Source: Anaeramoeba ignava BMAN (taxonomy: Eukaryota > Protista > Anaeramoebae). From it: a stretch of 64,000 nt of DNA. The notes below the pieces were generated by a model. It was given only the letters and a program-made list of their open reading frames with translations. It was not told the DNA's origin and did no database searches. The position numbers were made by a program, and so were the translations under genes. How positions within the stretch are numbered: the stretch's first letter is position 1; each line of letters starts with the position of its first letter. The stretch is from the NCBI GenBank assembly GCA_028826165.1, contig JAPDFW010000082.1, positions 1 through 64,000 on the forward strand, read 5' to 3'. This document shows, piece after piece, positions 51,278-60,667 of this stretch.

Positions 51278-52435
51278 TCAAAATCTTTTGTGAATTAAAA
51301 TAGGACCGGATTCGTTATATTGATCTTTTGAAATCCACATTTTTTGGGAATCAGGAAGAGAAGCCAAAATAGATCCACCAATCCAAACAGAAAATTCTCT
51401 ATTCAAAGGAGCAGAAACAATTGTTTTGTTTGAAGGATGATTCAACTTCGAAAGATCATGTTGTATTCTTTCCTGAATTCCTGGAAACAAAGATGATCCA
51501 CCAGACAAAATGACATTTTCATAAAGATCTTTTCTTATATCAACATCACATTTTTGGATTGAATTAAAAATCATTTGATGAATTCCATCATCTTCATTTC
51601 CAATTAAATTTGGTGAGAACAACACTTGAGGGCAACGAAATCTTTGATTTCCTATTGAGATAATATTTCCATCAGGTAATTCATATTTTTTTTCGATCGA
51701 AGAATTTTGATTTGAATTTTGATTTGAATTTTGATTTGAATTTTTCATTTCTTCATCAAAATTTAAAGGAACATAACAAAGTTTTTCTTTGATATCTCTG
51801 ACTATTTCTCTTTCAGCCGTTGTTTCAAAGAAATAATCTCTTTCTGTGAGAATTTTCATTAGATAATCAGTTAAATCTCTTCCTCCAAAATTCATTCTTT
51901 TGATAGCATGTCTATAATAATATCCATTATAAATAGGAATTGAATAACAAACACTATCACCCATTTCAACAACTAAACCAGTTTTTCTTCCTGAAGCATA
52001 AAGGGGTAAAATCCCTTGAAAAACTAGTGAAAATTTTGGAACGTGAAATGTTTCAAACATAATTTGAGTCATTTTTTCTTTGTTTGCTTTTGGATTAAAC
52101 GGAACTTCACTTATTAAAACTGGATTTTCTTCAGGATTTACTCTTAATTCGTTATAAAAAAGATGGTTCCAAATTTTCTCCATTTCATCCCAATTATTCA
52201 CTATTCCATGTTCCATTGGATAAATTAATGTTGATATTCCTTTTTGATTTTGTGCTTCTTTTCCTATAAATATTTTTTTTGCTTCATCTTCAAACATACT
52301 TTCTTTTGCTTTTATTCTTCCTGTTATTGTTGGGAAAATTACTTTCGGTTTTTCTTCTCCTTCTATTCCTGCTTTAATAATTCCTGACCCATTATCTATT
52401 ATTATTGCTTTATTTTTTTGGTTTTCTTTATTCAT
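51278..52435 (-). CDS. Divergent actin / actin-like protein
   Basis: [64 protein letters not shown]. Confidence 0.93.
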   Translation of the reverse strand: MNKENQKNKAIIIDNGSGIIKAGIEGEEKPKVIFPTITGRIKAKESMFEDEAKKIFIGKEAQNQKGISTLIYPMEHGIVNNWDEMEKIWNHLFYNELRVNPEENPVLISEVPFNPKANKEKMTQIMFETFHVPKFSLVFQGILPLYASGRKTGLVVEMGDSVCYSIPIYNGYYYRHAIKRMNFGGRDLTDYLMKILTERDYFFETTAEREIVRDIKEKLCYVPLNFDEEMKNSNQNSNQNSNQNSSIEKKYELPDGNIISIGNQRFRCPQVLFSPNLIGNEDDGIHQMIFNSIQKCDVDIRKDLYENVILSGGSSLFPGIQERIQHDLSKLNHPSNKTIVSAPLNREFSVWIGGSILASLPDSQKMWISKDQYNESGPILIHKRF

Positions 52436-52489
52436 TTTGAAAAGGAAAAATGAAAAATGAAAAAAATGAAAATGAAAAAAATGAAAAAT

Positions 52490-52830
52490 GATTTAATTTT
52501 GATTTTAATTTTAATTTTAATTTTAAATTTTAATTTTAATTTTAATTTTGAATTTTAATTTTAATTTTGATTTTAATTTTTAATTTTGAATTTAATTTTA
52601 ATTTTAATTTTAATTTTAATTTTAATTTTAATTTTAATTTTAATTTTAATTTTGATTTTAATTTTAATTTTGATTTTAATTTTGATTTTAATTTTTATTT
52701 TAATTTTAATTTTAATTTTAATTTTAATTTTAATTTTTATTTTAATTTTAATTTTGATTAGAATTTTGATTTTAATTTTAATATTAATTTTAATTTTAAT
52801 TTTAATTTTGATTATTAAATTTTTTAATTT
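52490..52830. repeat. (TTTTAA)n microsatellite directly after the stop of RCC1-BTB copy 3
   Basis: Directly visible. Confidence 0.9.
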
Positions 52831-54650
52831 TAATTTTGATTATTAAATTTCTTAATTAATAAATCAAATAAATTTGGTTTTGTTTGATTTAATTGAAAAT
52901 AATCAATTCCAATTTCAATTTCATCAATTATTTCTTGTGTAATTTCGATTCCTTCTTTAATTTGATTTGAATAAATCCAATATTCTAATATTTGAAATGA
53001 TTCATTACTTAATTCACTATAATCTGTAACTTTATTAGATTTATCTTCAGTTACAGATAAAAACATTCCTCGATATAATTCACTTCTCATTATTAATATT
53101 AATTTTGGAAATTTATATTTCTTTTCTTTTCTTTCAATAATAAAATCTTTTTCATTTTCATTTTCATTTTCATTTAAATAAATTCTTTTCATTGTTTCTT
53201 CTATTTTTTCATTTGAATTTATAATTTCTTTAATTTCAGAATATAATTTTGGATTTATTTTGGAAATATTTGAATAAATCATTTCAAATATTTGATTTGA
53301 TTCTTTAATTGATTTATTTGAAATAATTTCTTGAAGTTTTTCAATTTCATTTTCAATTTGATTTAATCTATATTTCAATATTAATTTATGAGCTTCAATT
53401 ATTTCTCCATTTTCTGTTTTAAATGAAATATTGCAAAATTCTTTTCTTTCAAATAATTTTATCAAATCTTCTTCAAGATTGGAAAAAGAAAGAGGAGAAT
53501 AATAAAGAAATGATTTATTAATACCACAAGAAATATGATAATTGAAAATTTCTTCATTAAATCTTAATTCAGGAAGTTCAATTTGAATAGGAATTAATTG
53601 ATGATTTGTATCTCCAATTCCTAATTGACCATAAGTATTATCTCCAAATACTATTAATTTTGAATTAGAAGTTAAAATCAAAGTATGTCCATTTCCAACA
53701 GAAAAATCAAGAATATTATCATTTTGAAATAAAGATGATTTGATTTCAGTAAATTCATCAATAATTTCATCTTCATCTTTACCAAGTCCATTTAATCCAG
53801 AATATCCACATGAATAAAGTTTTCTTTTTGGATTTTCATTTTGATTTTCATTTTCAATCAACATTACTGAGTGATTAGTTCCACATTGAATATCAATTAT
53901 TTTGCCTTTTGGAATATTTTGGATTTGAGTTAATTTTTGGATTTTTTCTTCTTCTCTTGATTCTCCTAATCCAAGTTGACCAGCTAAATTCAATCCGCAT
54001 CCAAATAATTCTTGATTTGAATTTAAAATAAAAACAGAATATGAAGAATTTCCTGAAAATACTTTAGAAACATTTTTCATCATTAAAATTGGTTTTTCTG
54101 TTTTTTCAAGTGTTTCATAATCAAAACCAAGTTGGCAATCTTGATTTGAACCAATTCCATAAGCATTTTGATTTGAAGTTAATAAGTAAATTGAACTATC
54201 TCCAGAAACAATATCTTGAATTACTCTATCATTTTTATCTTCAATTAATGATGAAATATTGGTGAATTTAAATGGATTATCTGGATTAATATCTCTTCCT
54301 TTTGCAAATACATTTCCTTCTTTTGTCAGAATAGCAATATTATCTTGATAACCAACAGTTACTTTTTGAATATTTTCTTCAATTTCAATTTTTTCACCTT
54401 TTTCATTTGAATCTTTTTCATCTGAATATTCTATTGCTTTTCCATTTTTAAAAAGCAAAATTGTTGAATAAAAACTTGAAGAAATTTGTTTAATTTCATT
54501 TTCATTTTCATTTTCATTTTTCTTTATAAATCTGGATCTAAATCTATTTCGATTTGCAAAATTAAATTGAATTGGTTTTGTTATTTTATTTGATTCATTT
54601 TCGAAAAGAGTTGGGTTTTTATTCCAACCAAAAAATAAACAATCATTCAT
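52830..54650 (-). CDS. RCC1-repeat + BTB-like protein (copy 3), lacking the CAAX tail
   Basis: 606-aa paralog ending FNNQN*. Confidence 0.92.
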   Translation of the reverse strand: MNDCLFFGWNKNPTLFENESNKITKPIQFNFANRNRFRSRFIKKNENENENEIKQISSSFYSTILLFKNGKAIEYSDEKDSNEKGEKIEIEENIQKVTVGYQDNIAILTKEGNVFAKGRDINPDNPFKFTNISSLIEDKNDRVIQDIVSGDSSIYLLTSNQNAYGIGSNQDCQLGFDYETLEKTEKPILMMKNVSKVFSGNSSYSVFILNSNQELFGCGLNLAGQLGLGESREEEKIQKLTQIQNIPKGKIIDIQCGTNHSVMLIENENQNENPKRKLYSCGYSGLNGLGKDEDEIIDEFTEIKSSLFQNDNILDFSVGNGHTLILTSNSKLIVFGDNTYGQLGIGDTNHQLIPIQIELPELRFNEEIFNYHISCGINKSFLYYSPLSFSNLEEDLIKLFERKEFCNISFKTENGEIIEAHKLILKYRLNQIENEIEKLQEIISNKSIKESNQIFEMIYSNISKINPKLYSEIKEIINSNEKIEETMKRIYLNENENENEKDFIIERKEKKYKFPKLILIMRSELYRGMFLSVTEDKSNKVTDYSELSNESFQILEYWIYSNQIKEGIEITQEIIDEIEIGIDYFQLNQTKPNLFDLLIKKFNNQN

Positions 54651-54728
54651 TTTTTGAAAAGAAAAAAAATGAAAAAAATGAAAAAAAATATTTTTTTAAT
54701 TTCATTTTTTCATTTATTTTTATTTTTA
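54651..54728. promoter_or_regulatory. Compact bidirectional promoter with opposed TCATTT motifs
   Basis: 78 bp between divergent ATGs; AAAATGA x2, then TCATTT x2. Confidence 0.55.
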
Positions 54729-57040
54729 ATGTTTGATTTCCTTCTTGTTCTTGATTTTGAAGCAACAGTAAAAGAAATAATTTTTATTATTTAATATAAT
54801 TTGATGATTATTTCCTTTTCAAAACTAAAAAAAAAAATTTTTTTGAATACAAATTAATAAATAAATTAATAAATAAATTAATAATAAATTAATAAATAAA
54901 TAATAAATAATAAATTAATAATAAATAAGTGTGGAGGACCTTGTAAAGGAAGATTAGTTGAAATTATTGAAATGCCAACTTTAATATTAAATACAAAAAC
55001 TTTAAAAATTGAAGATACATTTCATTCTTATAGTAAAAATCTAATTATAAATCTAATTATAAATTTAATTTTAAATCTAATTTTAAATATAATTTTAAAT
55101 CTAATTATAAATCTAATTTTAAATATAATTATAAATATAATTTTAAATCTAATTATAAATCTAATTTTAAATATAATTATAAATCTAATTTTAAATATAA
55201 TTATAAATCTAATTATAGATATAATTTTAAATCTAATTATAAATCTAATTATAAATCTAATTTTAAATATAATTATAAATATAATTATAAATCTAATTTT
55301 AAATATAATTTTAAATATAATTATAAATCTAATTATAAATCTAATTATAAATCTAATTATAAATATAATTTTAAATCTAATTATAAATCTAATTTTAAAT
55401 CTAATTATAAATCTAATTATAAATCTAATTATAAATCTAATTATAAATCTAATTATAAATATAATTTTAAATCTAATTATAAATCTAATTATAAATCTAA
55501 TTTTAAAATTTTCAAGTTCGTCCAGAAATTTTTCCTCGTCTTACAAAATTTTGTGAAAATTTAACAGGAATTGAACAAGTATCATTTATTTTTTCCCATT
55601 AAGTTTCAATTAAAGCAAAAAAATCAATTTATGTTCCACTTTTTTTTTTAAAAAAATTTTCTTCATTTTTCTTTTCAGGAAATTGTTGATAAAAGTCCAG
55701 TTTTTATTCAAGTACTTTTTTGTTTTGAAAAATGGTTAATAAGTCATAATCTTATTGATTCCCAAAGAAAGAAAATTGGAAATTGGACTTTTATTACTTG
55801 TGGTAATTCTGATTTGCAAACTTTGTTAACTTATCAACTTGTTAATAGTAGAATGATTCAAAGACCTGATTATTTTAATGATTGGATTGATTTACAGAAA
55901 GTTTTTTCTCAGTTTTATAAATCTGATAAACCAGGATTGATGAAGTTTGTTAATTTTATTTTTAATTTTAATATTAATTTTAATTTTAATTTTAATTTTA
56001 ATTTATTTTAAATTTTTATCCGATTTTAATTTTAATTTTAATTTTAATTTTATTTTTAATTTTAATTTTAATTTTAATATTAATATTAATATTAATTTTA
56101 ATTTTAATTTTAATTTTAATATTAATTTTAATTTTAATTTTAATTTTAAATTTTTATCCGATTTTAATTTTAATTTTAATTTTAATTTTAATATTAATAT
56201 TAATTTTAATTTTAAATTTTAATTTTAATATTAATATTAAAATTAAAATTAATTTTAATTTTAATTTTAATTTTAATTTTCATTTTAATTTTAATTTTGA
56301 TTTTAATTTTAATTTTAATTTTAATTTTAATTTTAATTTTAATTTTAATTTTAATTTTAATTTTAATTTTATAAATGAATTTTAATTTTAATTTTGATTT
56401 TATTATTAATTTTAATTTTTAAAGTATGCTTAATCATTTAAACTTTGTTTTTCGAGGAACTTTACATTCTGGAATTGATGATGCACAAAATACAGCTAGA
56501 ATTGTAGTTAAAATGATACAAGATGGAGCAATTTTTGATGAAACATTTTTAGTTTATTGGAAAACAAATAGATTATGGAGAGAATATTTATATCAAGAAA
56601 AAAAAAACTATCAAAAATCAAATCCAAATTTAAAAGAAAATCAAGCAATTCAAACTTTATTAAATATTAGTTTTAGTGATGAATCAAGTAGTGAATCAGA
56701 ACCTGAAGATATTTTCAATGAAGATATTTTGGAAGACAAAATTAAAAAATATCATTTATTAATTGATCATGATTTTAATCCAAATAAAAATATAAATTAT
56801 CGAACTAATAAAATCAATAGGAATAAAACAAATCAAAATTCAAATCAAAATTCAAATCAAAATCAAAATCAAAAAAATCAAAAAAATCAAAATCAAAAAA
56901 ATCAAAAAAATCAAAAAAGAAATAATCAAGGAAAAAAGAAAAAAAGTAGTTTTCAAAGAACAAAAGTTCTTTTTCGAATTGATCCTTCTTCTGATGAAGA
57001 TGATTATGATTATGATTCTAATTATGTTGGTTATAAATAA
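54729..57040 (+). CDS. ERI1-family DEDDh 3'-5' exoribonuclease, 5 exons
   Basis: Spliced reading MFDFLLVLDFEAT|CGG..EIIEMP..FHSYI|RPE..LTKFCENLTGIEQ|..TCGNSDL..WIDL..|HSGIDDAQNTARI. All DEDDh residues are present. Confidence 0.9.
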
Positions 57041-57165
57041 TTTTCCTTTTTTTTTTTCCAATTTTTCTTTTAGAATAAATTTTCACTTTTAATTCTTCTT
57101 TTCTTTATTTTAAAAAAAAGCAAAAAAAATTTTTTCATTTTTTTTTCATTTTTCTCAATTTTAAA

Positions 57166-57483
57166 ATGTCAACACATGAATTAAATAAAGAAAATAACGG
57201 AAAAACAATTCAAGTGAAAAAAGGAGATACAATTAAAATTACACTTTTTTATGCTCCTTCAATGGGATTTAAATGGGTTACTTCAAGTTATTCTGAAAAA
57301 TTTTTTGAATCTCCAATTTCTCGATCAATTATGCCAAAAAGAGCTATTCCTGGTGCTGGTGGTAATCAAGAATTTGAATTTAAAATAAAAGGAGATGTTG
57401 ATGAAGGTGATTTAAAATTGGAATATCAACGCTTTTCTAAACCTGGAAATCAATTTTTCACTTTAAAAGCAAAATTAAATTAA
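57166..57483 (+). CDS. Chagasin-like cysteine protease inhibitor (I42), divergent copy
   Basis: IQVKKGDTIKITL, APSMGFKW, PGAGG, LEYQR; no signal peptide. Confidence 0.8.
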   Translation: MSTHELNKENNGKTIQVKKGDTIKITLFYAPSMGFKWVTSSYSEKFFESPISRSIMPKRAIPGAGGNQEFEFKIKGDVDEGDLKLEYQRFSKPGNQFFTLKAKLN

Positions 57484-57551
57484 TTCTTCCAAAAAGCAAA
57501 ACAAAGCAAAACAATTTTCATAATTTTTTTTAATTTCTCAAATAAAAAAAT

Positions 57552-58490
57552 CTATCTTTTGTTTTCTTTTCTTTTCTTTCCTTTTGAAATTAATTTAATA
57601 ATTTGGAATTGAAATATTTGGATTTTTATAAATATAATGTAAAACTGTTTCATAATAATATCAATTCCTTTTGAAATTAATAATTTAATAATTGGAATTG
57701 AAATATTTAGATTTTTATAAATATAATATAAAACTGTTTTTTGATTAATATCAATTCCTTTTGAAATTAATAATTTAATAATTTGGAAATTAAATATTTG
57801 GATTTTTATAAATATAATGTAAAATTGTTTTCTGATTAATATCAATTCCTTTTGGAAATTAATAATTTAATGATTTGGAATTGAAATATTTGGATTTTTA
57901 TAAACATAATGTAAAACTGTTTCATATTAATATCAATTCCTTTTGAAATTAAATATTCAATAATTGGAATTGAAATATTTGGATTTTTATAAACATAATG
58001 TAAAATTGTTTTCTGATTAATATCAATTCCTTTTGGAAATTAATAATTTAATGATTTGGAATTGAAATATTTAGATTTTTATAAATATAATATAAAACTG
58101 TTTCATAATTTGTTTTTTGATTAATATTAATTCCTTTTGGAATTAAATATTCAATGATTTGGAATTGAAATATTTGGATTTTTATAAATATAATGTAAAA
58201 CTGTTTTTTGATTAATATCAATTCCTTTTGAAATTAATAATTTAATAATTTGGAATTGAAATATTTGGATTTTTATAAATATAATGTAAAACTGTTTTCT
58301 GATTAATATCAATTCCTTTTGGAATTAAATATTCAATGATTTGAAATGAAATATTTGGATTTTTATAAATATAATATAAAACTGTTTTTTGATTAATATC
58401 AATTCCTTTTGAAATTAATAATTTAATAATTTGGAATTGAAATATTTGGATTTTTATAAATATAATATAAAACTGTTTCATAATTTGTTT
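57552..58490 (-). pseudogene. Decayed ankyrin-repeat array (~90-91-bp units, ~10 copies)
   Basis: Units translate to KTVLHYIYKNPNISIPIIKLLISKGIDINQ but are broken by recurrent frameshifts. Confidence 0.7.
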
Positions 58491-58689
58491 TTTGGAATTG
58501 ATTTAATATCTTTATTATCTTTAATATTTTGATTCATTGTGTGTTTTTGTGTTTATTTTTGTGTTTATTTTTGTGTTTATTATTTTGTATTATTGTTTAA
58601 AAAAAAATGAAAAAAAAAGTTTTTTTTTAATTAAAAATTTCTTTTATTTTTTTTTTCATTTTTTTCATTTCAAAAAAAAAAAAGCAAAA

Positions 58690-59010
58690 ATGACAACACA
58701 TACTTTAACAAACGAACATAACGGAAACGAGATTGAAGTTTCAAAAGGAGACATACTCAAAATCACACTTAAATCAAATCAAACAACAGGATTTAAATGG
58801 GAAGTAGCTGAAGTTGATGGTGCAATTTTCGAACAACAAAGATCAGAATATATTGCTCCAAACACAAATCTTGTTGGCGCTGGTGGTGTTCATGAATTTG
58901 AATACAAAGTTATTGGTGAAAGTGGTTCTCATAACTTAAAACTTCAATACAAAAGACCTTGGATGCAAACAACTGATACTTTCTTTACTTTAAAAACTAA
59001 TTTGAAATGA
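58690..59010 (+). CDS. Chagasin-like cysteine protease inhibitor (I42)
   Basis: Canonical loops SNQTTGFKW, VGAGG and YKRPW. Start at 58690, after TCATTT motifs, matches the paralog. Confidence 0.92.
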   Translation: MTTHTLTNEHNGNEIEVSKGDILKITLKSNQTTGFKWEVAEVDGAIFEQQRSEYIAPNTNLVGAGGVHEFEYKVIGESGSHNLKLQYKRPWMQTTDTFFTLKTNLK

Positions 59011-59299
59011 TTTTCTTTTTCATTTCTTCAATTCATTTCTTTTTTCTTTTTTTCTTTTTCTTTTTCTTCTTAATTTTCCTTAATTCAGAAAAATTTTTTT
59101 TTGCTTCTTTTTCTTTTTCAATTTCTTTTTTAAATGGTTCTTTGAAAAACAATTAAAAAATAATAAAGAATCATTTTAACTCAAAAAAAAAACAAAAAAT
59201 AAAACAAACAAAAACAAAAAATTATTTTAAATTTTTTAATCTAATATTTAATTTAAGTTCTTATTTTAAAAATTTTTTAATCTTTATTTTATTTAATCT

Positions 59300-59815
59300 T
59301 TATTTTAAATCTTCTTCTTCTTCTTCTTCTTCGATTGGAATATAATATCCCATTAAATTTATTATAAAAGTGGAATTTGTTTTCCAAACATTAAATTTAA
59401 TTTTGGTTTTTGACATAAAAAATAAATTTGTTTTAAAATTTGTACAAATATTTGGTCGAAGTGTTGCAAGAGGAACTCTATAATTTTTAGTTTGAATTTC
59501 AATAAAAGCATAATCAGATTTTTCTTTATTTTCTTTATTTTCATTTTCAATTTCATTTTGATTTTGAATTTCATTTTGATTTTGATTTATATTTTCATTT
59601 TCATTTTGATTTTGATTTTGATTTTGATTTTGATTTTGATTTTGATTTTGATTTTGATTTTGATTTTGATTTTCATTTTGATTTTCATTTTGATTTTCAT
59701 TTTGATTTTCATTTTCATTTTCAATTATTAAGGAAATTCCAGTTAATCTAAGTCCAACTCCTGAAGGTAATTTTTCTGTATGAGAATCTGTAAATTTAAT
59801 TGACCAAAAAGACAT
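59300..59815 (-). CDS. Nucleoplasmin-like (NPL) domain protein
   Basis: MSFWS..LRLTGISL..LATL..NLFF..NLMGYY plus acidic tail, as in FKBP/HD-tuin NPL domains; QN/EN insertion at the acidic-loop position. Confidence 0.78.
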   Translation of the reverse strand: MSFWSIKFTDSHTEKLPSGVGLRLTGISLIIENENENQNENQNENQNENQNQNQNQNQNQNQNQNQNQNQNENENINQNQNEIQNQNEIENENKENKEKSDYAFIEIQTKNYRVPLATLRPNICTNFKTNLFFMSKTKIKFNVWKTNSTFIINLMGYYIPIEEEEEEEDLK

Positions 59816-59929
59816 GTTAATTTATTTAATTTTGAAGAAAAAAAAATGAAAAAAATGAAAATATTATTTTTGAAAACAGTTTATTTTCATTTTAAAAAAA
59901 AAGAACAGAAAAAAAAAGGAATTCTTTCT

Positions 59930-60660
59930 AAATTTAATTATAAATTTAATTATAAATTTGATTATAAATTTGATTATAAATTTAATTATAAATTTAATTA
60001 TAAATTTGATTATAAATTTAATTATAAATTTAATTATAAATTTGATTATAAATTTAATTATAAATTTAATTATAAATTTTATTATAAATATGATTATAAA
60101 TTTAATTATAAATTTGATTATAAATTTAATTATAAATTTAATTATAAATTTAATTATAAATTTAATTATAAATTTAATTATAAATTTAATTATAAATTTT
60201 ATTATAAATATGATTATAAATTTAATTATAAATTTGATTATAAATTTAATTATAAATTTAATTATAAATTTAATTATAAATTTAATTATAAATTTAATTA
60301 TAAATTTAATTATAAATTTAATTATAAAATTGATTATAAATTTAATTATAAATTTAATTATAAATTTAATTATAAATTTAATTATAAATTTAATTATAAA
60401 TTTGATTATAAATTTAATTATAAATTTGATTATAAATTTAATTATAAATTTGATTATAAATTTAATTATAAATTTGATTATAAATTTGATTATAAATTTA
60501 ATTATAAATTTGATTATAAATTGTTTTATAATTTGCTTGATAAATTATTTTATAATTTGTTTGATAAATTATTTTATAATTTGTTTGATAAATTATTTTA
60601 TAATTTGCTTGATAATTTAATGATAAATTATTTTATAAGTTGTTTGATAATTTGCTTGAT
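59930..60660. repeat. 12-bp minisatellite (TTATAAATTTAA)n grading into a 24-bp variant
   Basis: Directly visible; source of the spurious YKFN and INLI ORFs. Confidence 0.92.
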
Positions 60661-60667
60661 AAATTGA

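Noticed and set aside
58537-58689. Hydrophobic N-terminal extension on chagasin (and on EMC2 at 29960-30031)
   Set aside because: T-rich promoter sequence read in frame; the paralog alignment and Inr motifs support the downstream ATGs.
59846-60667. Long low-complexity ORFs (YKFN, INLI, ILIL, FNFN, KSKI), here and at 4690, 24679-25024, 30606, 37314, 52567, 54972 and 55947
   Set aside because: Translation artefacts of 6- and 12-bp repeats in introns or intergenic DNA.
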